From Eledone cirrhosa (taxonomy: Eukaryota), in assembly GCA_964016885.1 (NCBI GenBank), contig OZ024740.1:10230001-10294000 (forward strand): a stretch of DNA of 64,000 nt, in the 5' to 3' direction. The notes beneath the pieces are model-generated. The model did not search any database and had not been told where the DNA came from. It saw only the letters and a program-made list of their open reading frames with translations. This document shows positions 15,001 to 30,000 of the stretch, piece after piece (the stretch's first letter is position 1; each line of letters starts with the position of its first letter). A program made the position numbers and the translations under genes.

Positions 15001-18000
15001 AGAGTGTATATAGGTGTTATAGTATAGAGTGTATATAGGTGTTATAGTATAGAGTGTATATAGGTTTTATAGTATAGAGTATATATAGGTGTTATAATAT
15101 AGTGTATATATAGGTGTTATAGCATAGAGTGTATATAGGGTTATAGTATAGAGTGTATATAGGTGTCATAGTATAGAGTGTATATAGGTGTTATAGTATA
15201 GAGTGTATATAGGTGTTATAATATAGAGTGTATATAGGTGTTATAGTATAGAGTGTATATAGGGTTATAGTATAGAGTGTATATAGGTGTTATAATATAG
15301 AGTGTATATAGGGTTATAGTATAGAGCGTGTATAGGTGTTATAGTATAGAGTGTATATAGGTGTTATAGTATAGAGTGTATATAGGTGTTATAGTATAGA
15401 GTGTATATAGGGTTATAGTATAGAGTGTATATAGGGTTATAGTATAGAGTGTATATAGGTGTTATAGTATAGAGTGTATATAGGGTTATAGTATAGAGTG
15501 TATATAGGGTTATAGTATAGAGTGTATATAGGTGTTATAATATAGAGTGTATATAGGGTTATAGTATAGAGTGTATATAGGTTATAGTATAGAGTGTATA
15601 TAGGTGTTATAGTATAGAGTGTATATAGGTGTTATAGTATAGAGTGTATATAGGGTTATAGTATAGAGTGTATATAGGGTTATAATATAGAGTGTATATA
15701 GGTGTTATAGTATAGAGTATATATAGGTGTTATAGTATAGAGTGTATATAGGTGTTATAGTATAAAGTGTATATAGGATTATAGTATAGAGTGTATATAG
15801 GGTTATAGTATAGAGTGTATATAGGGTTATAGTATAGAGTGTATATAGGGTTATAGTATAAAGTGTATATAGGGTTATAGTATAGCGTGTATATAGGTGT
15901 TATAGTATAGAGTGTATATAGGGTTATAGTATAAAGTGTATATAGGGTTATAGTATAGAGTGTATATAGGTGTTATAATATAGAGTGTATATAGGGTTAT
16001 AGTATAGAGTGTGTATAGGTGTTATAGTATAGAGTGTATATAGGTGTTATAGTATAGAGTGTATATAGGTGTTATAGTATAGAGTGTATATAGGGTTATA
16101 GTATAGAGTGTATATAGGGTTATAGTATAGAGTGTATATAGGTGTTATAGTATAGAGTGTATATAGGGTTATAGTATAGAGTGTATATAGGTTTATAGTA
16201 TAGAGTGTATATAGGTGTTATAGTATAGAGTGTATATCGGGTTATAGTATAGAGTGTATATAGGTTATAGTATAGAGTGTATATAGGTGTTATAGTATAG
16301 AGTGTATATAGGTGTTATAGTATAGAGTGTATATAGGGTAATAGTATAGAGTGTATATAGGGTTATAATATAGAGTGTATATAGGTGTTATAGTATAGAG
16401 TGTATATAGGTGTTATAGTATAAAGTGTATATAGGGTTATAGTATAAAGTGTATATAGGGTTATAGTATAAAGTGTATATAGGGTTATAGTATAGAGTGT
16501 ATATAGGTCTTATATTATAGAGTGTATATAGGTGTTATAGTATAGAGTGTATATAGGGTTATAGTATAGAGTGTATATAGGTGTTATAGTATAGAGTGTA
16601 TATAGGGTTATAGTATAGAGTGTATATAGGGTTATAGTATAAAGTGTATATAGGTGTTATAGTATAAAGTGTATATAGGATTATAGTATAGAGTGTATAT
16701 AGGGTTATAGTATAGAGTGTATATAGGGTTATAGTATAGAGTGTATATAGGGTTATAGTATAAAGTGTATATAGGGTTATAGTATAGAGTGTATATAGGG
16801 TTATAGTATAGAGTGTATATAGGTGTTATAATATAGAGTGTATATAGGGTTATAGTATAGAGTGTGTATAGGTGTTATAGTATAGAGTGTATATAGGTGT
16901 TATAGTATAGAGTGTATATAGGTGTTATAGTATAGAGTGTATATAGGTGTTATAGTATAGAGTGTATATAGGTGTGATAATGTAGAGTGTATATAGGTGT
17001 TATAGTATAGAGTGTATATAGGTGTTATAGTATAGAGTGTATATAGGTGTTATAGTATAGAGTGTATATAGGTGTTATAGTATAGAGTGTATATAGGTGT
17101 TATAGTATAGAGTGTGTATAGGTGTTATAGTATAGAGTGTTTATAGGTGTTATAGTATAGAGTGTATATAGGTGTTATTGTATAGAGTGTATATAGGTGT
17201 TATAGTATAGAGTGTATGTAGGTGTTATAGTATAGAGTGTTGTAGTATAGAGTGTATATAGGTGTTATAGTATAGAGTGTATATAGGTGTTATAGTATAG
17301 AGTATATATAGGTGTTATAGTATAGAGTGTATATAGGTGTTATAGTATAGAGTGTATATAGGTGTTATAATATAGAGTGTATATAGGGTTATAGTATAGA
17401 GTGTATATAGGTGTTATAGTATAGAGTGTATATAGGGTTATAGTATAAAGTGTATATAGGGTTATAGTATAGAGTGTATATAGGGTTATAGTATAGAGTG
17501 TATATAGGGTTATAGTATAAAGTGTATATAGGTTTATAGTATAGAGTGTATATAGGGTTATAGTATAGAGTGTATATAGGGTTATAGTATAGAGTGTATA
17601 TAGGTGTTATAGTATAGAGTGTATATAGGGTTATAGTATAGAGTGTATATAGGGTTATAGTATAGAGTGTATATAGGTGTTATAGTATAGAGTGTATATA
17701 GGGTTATAGTATAGAGTGTATATTGGGTTATAGTATAGAGTGTATATAGGTGTTATAGAATAGAGTGTATATAGGTGTTATAGTATAGAGTGTATATAGG
17801 GTTATAGTATAGAGTGTATATAGGGTTATAGTATAGAGTGTATATAGGTGTTATAGTATAGAGTGTATATAGGTGTTATAGTATAAAGTGTATATAGGGT
17901 TATAGTATAAAGTGTATATAGGGTTATAGTATAAAGTGTATATAGGGTTATAGTATAGAGTGTATATAGGTGTTATAGTATAGAGTGTATATAGGTGTTA

Positions 18001-21000
18001 TAGTATAGAGTGTATATAGGGTTATAGTATAGGGTGTATATAGGTGTTATAGTATAGAGTGTATATAGGGTTATAGTATAGAGTGTATATAGGTGTTATA
18101 GTATAAAGTGTATATAGGGTTATAGTATAAAGTGTATATAGGGTTATAGTATAAAGTGTATATAGGGTTATAGTATAGAGTGTATATAGGGTTATAGTAT
18201 AGAGTGTATATAGGTTTTATAGTATAGAGTATATATAGGTGTTATAGTATAGAGTGTATATAGGTGTTATAGTATAAAGTGTATATAGGATTATAGTTTA
18301 GAGTGTATATAGGGTTATAGTATAGAGTGTATATAGGGTTATAGTATAAAGTGTATATAGGGTTATAGTATAGAGTGTATATAGGTGTTATAGTATAGAG
18401 TGTATATAGGGTTATAGTATAAAGTGTATATAGGGTTATAGTATAGAGTGTATATTGGGTTATAGTATAAAGTGTATATAGGGTTATAGTATAGAGTGTA
18501 TATAGGTGTTATAATATAGAGTGTATATAGGGTTATAGTATAGAGTGTGTATAGGTGTTATAGTATAGAGTGTATATAGGTGTTATAGTATAGAATGTAT
18601 ATAGGTGTTATAGTATAGAGTGTATATAGGTGTTATAGTATAGAGTGTATGTAGGTGTTATAGTATAGAGTGTTATAGTATAGAGTGTATATAGGTGTTA
18701 TAGTATAGAGTGTATATAGGTGTTATAGTATAGAGTGTATATACGTGTTATAGTATAGAGTGTATATAGGTGTTATAGTATAGAGTGTATATAGGTGTCA
18801 TAGTATAGAGTGTATATAGGTGTTATAGTATAGAGTGTATATCGGGTTATAGTATAGAGTGTATATCGGTGTTATTGTATAGAGTATATATAGGTGTTAT
18901 AGTATAGAGTGTATGTAGGTGTTATAGTATAGAGTGTATATAGGTGTTATAGTATAGAGTGTATATAGGGTTATAGTATAGAGTGTATATAGGTGTTATA
19001 GTATAGAGTGTATATAGGTGTTATAGTATAGAGTGTATATAGGTGTTATAGTATAGAGTGTATGTAGGTGTTATAGTATAGAGTGTATATAGGTGTCATA
19101 GTATAGAGTGTATATAGGTGTTATAGTATAGAGTGTATATCGGTGTTATAGTATAGAGTATATATAGGTGTATAGTATAGAGTGTATATAGGTGTTATAG
19201 TATAGAGTGTATATAGGGTGTATAGTATAGAGTGTATATAGGTGTTATAGTATAGAGTATATATAGGTGTTATAGTATAGAGTATATATAGGTGTTATAG
19301 TATAGAGTGTATATAGGTGTTATAGTATGGAGTGTATATAGGGTTATAGTATAGAGTGTATATAGGTGTTATAATATAGAGTGTATATAGGTGTTATAGT
19401 ATAAAGTATATATATGTGTTATAGTATAGAGTGTATATAAGTGTTATAGTATAGAGTGTATATAGGTGTTATAGTATAGAGTGTATATAGGTGTTATAGT
19501 ATAGAGTGTATATAGGTGTTATAGTATAGAGTATATATAGGTGTTATAATATAGTGTATATATAGGTGTTATAGTATAGAGTGTATATAGGGTTATAGTA
19601 TAGAGTGTGTATAGGTGTTATAGTATAGAGTGTATATAGGTGTTATAGTATAGAGTGTATATAGGTGTTATAGTATAGAGTGTATATAGGGTTATAGTAT
19701 AGAGTGTATATAGGGTTATAGTATAGAGTGTATATAGGTGTTATAGTATAGAGTGTATATAGGGTTATAGTATAGAGTGTATATAGGGTTATAGTATAGA
19801 GTGTATATAGGTGTTATAGTATAGAGTGTATATAGGTGTTATAGTATAGAGTGTATATAGGGTTATAGTATAGAGTGTATATAGGTTATAGTATAGAGTG
19901 TATACAGGTGTTATAGTATAGAGCGTATATAGGTGTTATAGTATAGAGTGTATATAGGTTTATAGTATAGAGTGTATATAGGGTTATAATATAGAGTGTA
20001 TATAGGGTTATAGTATAGAGTGTATATAGGGTTATAGTATAGAGTGTATATAGGTGTTATAGTATAGAGTATATATAGGTGTTATAGTATAGAGTGTATA
20101 TAGGTGTTATAGTATAAATTGTATATAGGATTATAGTATAGAGTGTATATAGGGTTATAGTATAGAGTGTATATAGGGTTATAGTATAGAGTGTATATAG
20201 GGTTATAGTATAAAGTGTATATAGGGTTATAGTATAGAGTGTATATAGGTGTTATAGTATAGAGTGTATATAGGGTTATAGTATAAAGTGTATATAGGGT
20301 TATAGTATAGAGTGTATATAGGTGTTATATTATAGAGTGTATATAGGTGTTATAGTATAGAGTGTATATAGGTGTTATAGTATAGAGTGTATATAGGTGT
20401 TATAGTATAGAGTGTATATAGGTGTTATAATGTAGAGTGTATATAGGTGTTATAGTATAGAGTGTATATAGGTGTTATAGTATAGAGTGTATATAGGTGT
20501 TATAGTATAGAGTGTATATAGGTGTTATAGTATAGAGTGTATATAGGTGTTATAGTATAGAGTGTGTATAGGTGTTATAGTATAGAGTGTATATAGGTGT
20601 TATAGTATAGAGTGTATATAGGTGTTATAGTATAGAGTGTATATAGGTGTTATAGTATAGAGTGTATGTAGGTGTTATAGTATAGAGTGTTGTAGTATAG
20701 AGTGTATATAAGTGTTATAGTATAGAGTGTATATAGGTGTTATAGTATAGAGTGTATATCGGTGTTATAGTATAGAGTGTATATAGGTGTTATAGTATAG
20801 AGTGTATATAGGTGTTATAGTATAGAGTGTATATAGGTGTTATAGTATAGAGTGTATATAGGTGTTATATTATAGAGTGTATATAGGTGTTATAGTACAG
20901 AGTGTATATAGGTGTTATAGTATAGAGTGTATATAGGTGTTATAGTATAGAGTGTATATAGGGTTATAGTATAAAGTGTATATAGGGTTATAGTATAGAG

Positions 21001-24000
21001 TGTATATAGGGTTATAGTATAGAGTGTATATAGGTGTTATAGTATAGAGTGTATATAGGGTTATAGTATAAAGTGTATATAGGGTTATAGTATAGAGTGT
21101 ATATAGGTGTTATAATATAGAGTGTATATAGGGTTATAGTAGAGAGTGTGTATAGGTGTTATAGTATAGAGTGTATATAGGGTTATAGTATAAAGTGTAT
21201 ATAGGTTTATAGTATAGAGTGTATATAGGGTTATAGTATAGAGTGTATATAGGGTTATAGTATAGAGTGTATATAGGTGTTATAGTATAGAGTGTATATA
21301 GGGTTATAGTATAAAGTGTATATAGGGTTATAGTATAGAGTGTATATAGTGTTATAGTATAGAGTGTATATAGGTTTTATAGTATAGAGTATATATAGGT
21401 GTTATAGTATAGAGTGTATATAGGTGTTATAGTATAAAATGTATATAGGATTATAGTTTAGAGTGTATATAGGGTTATAGTATAGAGTGTATATAGGGTT
21501 ATAGTATAGAGTGTATATAGGGTTATAGTATAAAGTGTATATAGGGTTATAGTATAGAGTGTATATAGGTGTTATAGTATAGAGTGTATATAGGGTTATA
21601 GTATAAAGTGTATATAGGGTTATAGTATAGAGTGTATATTGGGTTATAGTATAAAGTGTATATAGGGTTATAGTATAGAGTGTATATAGGTGTTATAATA
21701 TAGAGTGTATATAGGGTTATAGTATAGAGTGTGTATAGGTGTTATAGTATAGAGTGTATATAGGTGTTATAGTATAGAATGTATATAGGTGTTATAGTAT
21801 AGAGTGTATATAGGTGTTATAGTATAGAGTGTATGTAGGTGTTATAGTATAGAGTGTTATAGTATAGAGTGTATATAGGTGTTATAGTATAGAGTGTATA
21901 TAGGTGTTATAGTATAGAGTGTATATCGGTGTTATAGTATAGAGTGTATATAGGTGTTATAGTATAGAGTGTATATAGGTGTTATAGTATAGAGTGTATA
22001 TAGGTGTTATAGTATAGAGTGTATATAGGTGTTATAGTATAGAGTGTATATAGGTGTCATAGTATAGAGTGTATATAGGTGTTATAGTATAGAGTGTATA
22101 TCGGTGTTATTGTATAGAGTATATATAGGTGTTATAGTATAGAGTGTATGTAGGTGTTATAGTATAGAGTGTATATAGGTGTTATAGTATAGAGTGTATA
22201 TAGGGTTATAGTATAGAGTGTATATAGGTGTTATAGTATAGAGTGTATATAGGTGTTATAGTATAGAGTGTATATCGGTGTTATAGTATAGAGTATATAT
22301 AGGTGTTATAATATAGAGTATATATAGGGTTATAGTATAGAGTGTATATAGGTGTTATAGTATAGAGTGTATATAGGGTGTATAGTATAGAGTGTATATA
22401 GGTGTTATAGTATAGAGTATATATAGGTGTTATAGTATAGAGTATATATAGGTGTTATAGTATAGAGTGTATATAGGTGTTATAGTATGGAGTGTATATA
22501 GGGTTATAGTATAGAGTGTATATAGGTCTTATAATATAGAGTGTATATAGGTGTTATAGTATAAAGTATATATATGTGTTATAGTATAGAGTGTATATAA
22601 GTGTTATAGTATAGAGTGTATATAGGTGTTATAGTATAGAGTGTATATAGGTGTTATAGTATAGAGTGTATATAGGTGTTATAGTATAGAGTATATATAG
22701 GTGTTATAATATAGTGTATATATAGGTGTTATAGTATAGAGTGTATATAGGGTTATAGTATAGAGTGTGTATAGGTTTTATAGTATAGAGTGTATATAGG
22801 TGTTATAGTATAGAGTGTATATAGGTGTTATAGTATAGAGTGTATATAGGGTTATAGTATAGAGTGTATATAGGGTTATAGTATAGAGTGTATATAGGTG
22901 TTATAGTATAGAGTGTATATAGGGTTATAGTATAGAGTGTATATAGGGTTATAGTATAGAGTGTATATAGGTGTTATAGTATAGAGTGTATATAGGTGTT
23001 ATAGTATAGAGTGTATATAGGGTTATAGTATAGAGTGTATATAGGTTATAGTATAGAGTGTATACAGGTGTTATAGTATAGAGCGTATATAGGTGTTATA
23101 GTATAGAGTGTATATAGGTTTATAGTATAGAGTGTATATAGGGTTATAATATAGAGTGTATATAGGGTTATAGTATAGAGTGTATATAGGGTTATAGTAT
23201 AGAGTGTATATAGGTGTTATAGTATAGAGTATATATAGGTGTTATAGTATAGAGTGTATATAGGTGTTATAGTATAAAGTGTATATAGGATTATAGTATA
23301 GAGTGTATATAGGGTTATAGTATAGAGTGTATATAGGGTTATAGTATAGAGTGTATATAGGGTTATAGTATAAAGTGTATATAGGGTTATAGTATAGAGT
23401 GTATATAGGTGTTATAGTATAGAGTGTATATAGGGTTATAGTATAAAGTGTATATAGGGTTATAGTATAGAGTGTATATAGGTGTTATATTATAGAGTGT
23501 ATATAGGTGTTATAGTATAGAGTGTATATAGGTGTTATAGTATAGAGTGTATATAGGTGTTATAGTATAGAGTGTATATAGGTGTTATAATGTAGAGTGT
23601 ATATAGGTGTTATAGTATAGAGTGTATATAGGTGTTATAGTATAGAGTGTATATAGGTGTTATAGTATAGAGTGTATATAGGTGTTATAGTATAGAGTGT
23701 ATATAGGTGTTATAGTATAGAGTGTGTATAGGTGTTATAGTATAGAGTGTATATAGGTGTTATAGTATAGAGTGTATATAGGTGTTATAGTATAGAGTGT
23801 ATATAGGTGTTATAGTATAGAGTGTATGTAGGTGTTATAGTATAGAGTGTTGTAGTATAGAGTGTATATAAGTGTTATAGTATAGAGTGTATATAGGTGT
23901 TATAGTATAGAGTGTATATCGGTGTTATAGTATAGAGTGTATATAGGTGTTATAGTATAGAGTGTATATAGGTGTTATAGTATAGAGTGTATATAGGTGT

Positions 24001-27000
24001 TATAGTATAGAGTGTATATAGGTGTTATAGTATAGAGTGTATATAGGTGTTATAGTACAGAGTGTATATAGGTGTTATAGTATAGAGTGTATATAGGTGT
24101 TATAGTATAGAGTGTATATAGGGTTATAGTAGAGAGTGTGTATAGGTGTTATAGTATAGAGTGTATATAGGGTTATAGTATAAAGTGTATATAGGTTTAT
24201 AGTATAGAGTGTATATAGGGTTATAGTATAGAGTGTATATAGGGTTATAGTATAGAGTGTGTATAGGTGTTATAGTATAGAGTGTATATAGGTGTTATAG
24301 TATAGAGTGTATATAGGTGTTATAGTATAGAGTGTATATAGGTGTTATAGTATAGAGTGTATGTAGGTGTTATAGTATAGAGTGTTGTAGTATAGAGTGT
24401 ATATAAGTGTTATAGTATAGAGTGTATATAGGTGTTATAGTATAGAGTGTATATCGGTGTTATAGTATAGAGTGTATATAGGTGTTATAGTATAGAGTGT
24501 ATATAGGTGTTATAGTATAGAGTGTATATAGGTGTTATAGTATAGAGTGTATATAGGTGTTATAGTATAGAGTGTATATAGGTGTTATAGTACAGAGTGT
24601 ATATAGGTGTTATAGTATAGAGTGTATATAGGTGTTATAGTATAGAGTGTATATAGGGTTATAGTAGAGAGTGTGTATAGGTGTTATAGTATAGAGTGTA
24701 TATAGGGTTATAGTATAAAGTGTATATAGGTTTATAGTATAGAGTGTATATAGGGTTATAGTATAGAGTGTATATAGGGTTATAGTATAGAGTGTATATA
24801 GGTGTTATAGTATAGAGTGTATATAGGGTTATAGTATAAAGTGTATATAGGGTTATAGTATAGAGTGTATATAGTGTTATAGTATAGAGTGTATATAGGT
24901 TTTATAGTATAGAGTATATATAGGTGTTATAGTATAGAGTGTATATAGGTGTTATAGTATAAAATGTATATAGGATTATAGTTTAGAGTGTATATAGGGT
25001 TATAGTATAGAGTGTATATAGGGTTATAGTATAGAGTGTATATAGGGTTATAGTATAAAGTGTATATAGGGTTATAGTATAGAGTGTATATAGGTGTTAT
25101 AGTATAGAGTGTATATAGGGTTATAGTATAAAGTGTATATAGGGTTATAGTATAGAGTGTATATTGGGTTATAGTATAAAGTGTATATAGGGTTATAGTA
25201 TAGAGTGTATATAGGTGTTATAATATAGAGTGTATATAGGGTTATAGTATAGAGTGTGTATAGGTGTTATAGTATAGAGTGTATATAGGTGTTATAGTAT
25301 AGAATGTATATAGGTGTTATAGTATAGAGTGTATATAGGTGTTATAGTATAGAGTGTATGTAGGTGTTATAGTTTAGAGTGTTATAGTATAGAGTGTATA
25401 TAGGTGTTATAGTATAGAGTGTATATAGGTGTTATAGTATAGAGTGTATATCGGTGTTATAGTATAGAGTGTATATAGGTGTTATAGTATAGAGTGTATA
25501 TAGGTGTTATAGTATAGAGTGTATATAGGTGTTATAGTATAGAGTGTATATAGGTGTTATAGTATAGAGTGTATATAGGTGTCATAGTATAGAGTGTATA
25601 TAGGTGTTATAGTATAGAGTGTATATCGGTGTTATTGTATAGAGTATATATAGGTGTTATAGTATAGAGTGTATGTAGGTGTTATAGTATAGAGTGTATA
25701 TAGGTGTTATAGTATAGAGTGTATATAGGGTTATAGTATAGAGTGTATATAGGTGTTATAGTATAGAGTGTATATAGGTGTTATAGTATAGAGTGTATAT
25801 CGGTGTTATAGTATAGAGTATATATAGGTGTTATAATATAGAGTATATATAGGGTTATAGTATAGAGTGTATATAGGTGTTATAGTATAGAGTGTATATA
25901 GGGTGTATAGTATAGAGTGTATATAGGTGTTATAGTATAGAGTATATATAGGTGTTATAGTATAGAGTATATATAGGTGTTATAGTATAGAGTGTATATA
26001 GGTGTTATAGTATGGAGTGTATATAGGGTTATAGTATAGAGTGTATATAGGTCTTATAATATAGAGTGTATATAGGTGTTATAGTATAAAGTATATATAT
26101 GTGTTATAGTATAGAGTGTATATAAGTGTTATAGTATAGAGTGTATATAGGTGTTATAGTATAGAGTGTATATAGGTGTTATAGTATAGAGTGTATATAG
26201 GTGTTATAGTATAGAGTATATATAGGTGTTATAATATAGTGTATATATAGGTGTTATAGTATAGAGTGTATATAGGGTTATAGTATAGAGTGTGTATAGG
26301 TGTTATAGTATAGAGTGTATATAGGTGTTATAGTATAGAGTGTATATAGGTGTTATAGTATAGAGTGTATATAGGGTTATAGTATAGAGTGTATATAGGG
26401 TTATAGTATAGAGTGTATATAGGTGTTATAGTATAGAGTGTATATAGGGTTATAGTATAGAGTGTATATAGGGTTATAGTATAGAGTGTATATAGGTGTT
26501 ATAGTATAGAGTGTATATAGGTGTTATAGTATAGAGTGTATATAGGGTTATAGTATAGAGTGTATATAGGTTATAGTATAGAGTGTATACAGGTGTTATA
26601 GTATAGAGCGTATATAGGTGTTATAGTATAGAGTGTATATAGGTTTATAGTATAGAGTGTATATAGGGTTATAATATAGAGTGTATATAGGGTTATAGTA
26701 TAGAGTGTATATAGGGTTATAGTATAGAGTGTATATAGGTGTTATAGTATAGAGTATATATAGGTGTTATAGTATAGAGTGTATATAGGTGTTATAGTAT
26801 AAAGTGTATATAGGATTATAGTATAGAGTGTATATAGGGTTATAGTATAGAGTGTATATAGGGTTATAGTATAGAGTGTATATAGGGTTATAGTATAAAG
26901 TGTATATAGGGTTATAGTATAGAGTGTATATAGGTGTTATAGTATAGAGTGTATATAGGGTTATAGTATAAAGTGTATATAGGGTTATAGTATAGAGTGT

Positions 27001-30000
27001 ATATAGGTGTTATATTATAGAGTGTATATAGGTGTTATAGTATAGAGTGTATATAGGTGTTATAGTATAGAGTGTATATAGGTGTTATAGTATAGAGTGT
27101 ATATAGGTGTTATAATGTAGAGTGTATATAGGTGTTATAGTATAGAGTGTATATAGGTGTTATAGTATAGAGTGTATATAGGTGTTATAGTATAGAGTGT
27201 ATATAGGTGTTATAGTATAGAGTGTATATAGGTGTTATAGTATAGAGTGTGTATAGGTGTTATAGTATAGAGTGTTATAGGTGTTATAGTATAGAGTGTA
27301 TATAGGTGTTATAGTATAGAGTGTATATAGGTGTTATAGTATAGAGTGTATGTAGGTGTTATAGTATAGAGTGTTGTAGTATAAGAGTGTATATAAGTGT
27401 TATAGTATAGAGTGTATATAGGTGTTATAGTATAGAGTGTATATCGGTGTTATAGTATAGAGTGTATATAGGTGTTATAGTATAGAGTGTATATAGGTGT
27501 TATAGTATAGAGTGTATATAGGTGTTATAGTATAGAGTGTATATAGGTGTTATAGTATAGAGTGTATATAGGTGTTATAGTACAGAGTGTATATAGGTGT
27601 TATAGTATAGAGTGTATATAGGTGTTATAGTATAGAGTGTATATAGGGTTATAGTATAAAGTGTATATAGGGTTATAGTATAGAGTGTATATAGGGTTAT
27701 AGTATAGAGTGTATATAGGTGTTATAGTATAGAGTGTATATAGGGTTATAGTATAAAGTGTATATAGGGTTATAGTATAGAGTGTATATAGGTGTTATAA
27801 TATAGAGTGTATATAGGGTTATAGTAGAGAGTGTGTATAGGTGTTATAGTATAGAGTGTATATAGGGTTATAGTATAAAGTGTATATAGGTTTATAGTAT
27901 AGAGTGTATATAGGGTTATAGTATAGAGTGTATATAGGGTTATAGTATAGAGTGTATATAGGTGTTATAGTATAGAGTGTATATAGGGTTATAGTATAGA
28001 GTGTATATAGGGTTATAGTATAGAGTGTATATAGGTGTTATAGTATAGAGTGTATATAGGGTTATAGTATAGAGTGTATATTGGGTTATAGTATAGAGTG
28101 TATATAGGTGTTATAGTATAGAGTGTATATAGGTGTTATAGTATAGAGTGTATATAGGGTTATAGTATAGAGTGTATATAGGGTTATAGTATAGAGTGTA
28201 TATAGGTGTTATAGTATAGAGTGTATATAGGTGTTATAGTATAAAGTGTATATAAGGTTATAGTATAAAGTGTATATAGGGTTATAGTATAAAGTGTATA
28301 TAGGGTTATAGTATAGAGTGTATATAGGTGTTATAGTATAGAGTGTATATAGGGTTATAGTATAAAGTGTATATAGGGTTATAGTATAGAGTGTATATAG
28401 GTGTTATAATATAGAGTGTATATAGGGTTATAGTATAGAGTGTGTATAGGTGTTATAGTATAGAGTGTATATAGGTGTTATAGTATAGAGTGTATATAGG
28501 TGTTATAGTATAGAGTGTATATAGGTGTTATAGTATAGAGTGTATATAGGTGTTATAATATAGAGTGTATATAGGTGTTATAGTATAGAGTGTATATAGG
28601 TGTTATAGTATAGAGTGTATATAGGTGTTATAGTATAGAGTGTATATAGGTGTTATAGTATAGAGTGTATATAGGTGTTATAGTATAGAGTGTGTATAGG
28701 TGTTATAGTATAGAGTGTATATAGGTGTTATAGTATAGAGTGTATATAGGTGTTATAGTATAGATTGTATATAGGTGTTATAGTATAGAGTGTATGTAGG
28801 TGTTATAGTATAGAGTGTTATAGTATAGAGTGTATTTAGGTGTTATAGTATAGAGTGTATATAGGTGTTATAGTATAGAGTGTATATAGGTGTTATAGTA
28901 TAGAGTGTATATAGGTGTTATAGTATAGAGTGTATATAGGGTTATAGTATAAAGTGTATATAGGGTTATAGTATAGAGTGTATATAGGGTTATAGTATAA
29001 AGTGTATATAGGTTTATAGTATAGAGTGTATATAGGGTTATAGTATAGAGTGTATATAGGGTTATAGTATAAAGTGTATATAGGGTTATAGTATAGAGTG
29101 TATATAGGTGTTATAGTATAAAGTGTACATAGGGTTATAGTATAGAGTGTATATAGTGTTATAGTATAGAGTGTATATAGGGTTATTTTATAGAGTGTAT
29201 ATAGGGTTATAGTATAAAGTGTATATAGGGTTATAGTATAGAGTGTATATAGGTGTTATAGTATAGAGTGTATATAGGGTTATAGTATAAAGTGTATATA
29301 GGGTTATAGTATAGAGTGTATATAGGGTTATAGTATAAAGTGTATATAGGGTTATAGTATAGAGTGTATATAGGGTTATAGTATAGAGTGTATATAGGGT
29401 TATAGTATAGAGTGTATATAGGGTTATAGTATAGAGTGTATATAGGTGTTATAGTATAAAGTGTATATAGGTGTTATAGTATAGAGTATATATAGGTGTT
29501 ATAGTATAGAGTGTATATAGGTGTTATAGTATAGAGTGTATGTAGGTGTTATAGTATAGAGTGTATATAGGTGTTATAGTATAGAGTGTATATAGGGTTA
29601 TAGTATAGAGCGTATATAGATGTTATAGTATAGAGTGTATATAGGTGTTATAGTATAGAGTGTATATCGGTGTTATAGTATAGAGTGTATATAGGTGTTA
29701 TAGTATGGAGTGTATATAGGGTTATAGTATAGAGTGTATATAGGTGTTATAGTATAGAGTGTATATAGGTGTTATAATATAGAGTGTATATAGGTGTTAT
29801 AGTATAGAGTGTATATAGGTGTTATAGTATAGAGTGTATATCGGTGTTATAGTATAGAGTATATATAGGTGTTATAATATAGAGTATATATAGGGTTATA
29901 GTATAGAGTGTATATAGGTGTTATAGTATAGAGTATATATAGGTGTTATAGTATAGAGTGTATATAGGTGCTAGAGTATGGAGTGTATATAGGGTTATAG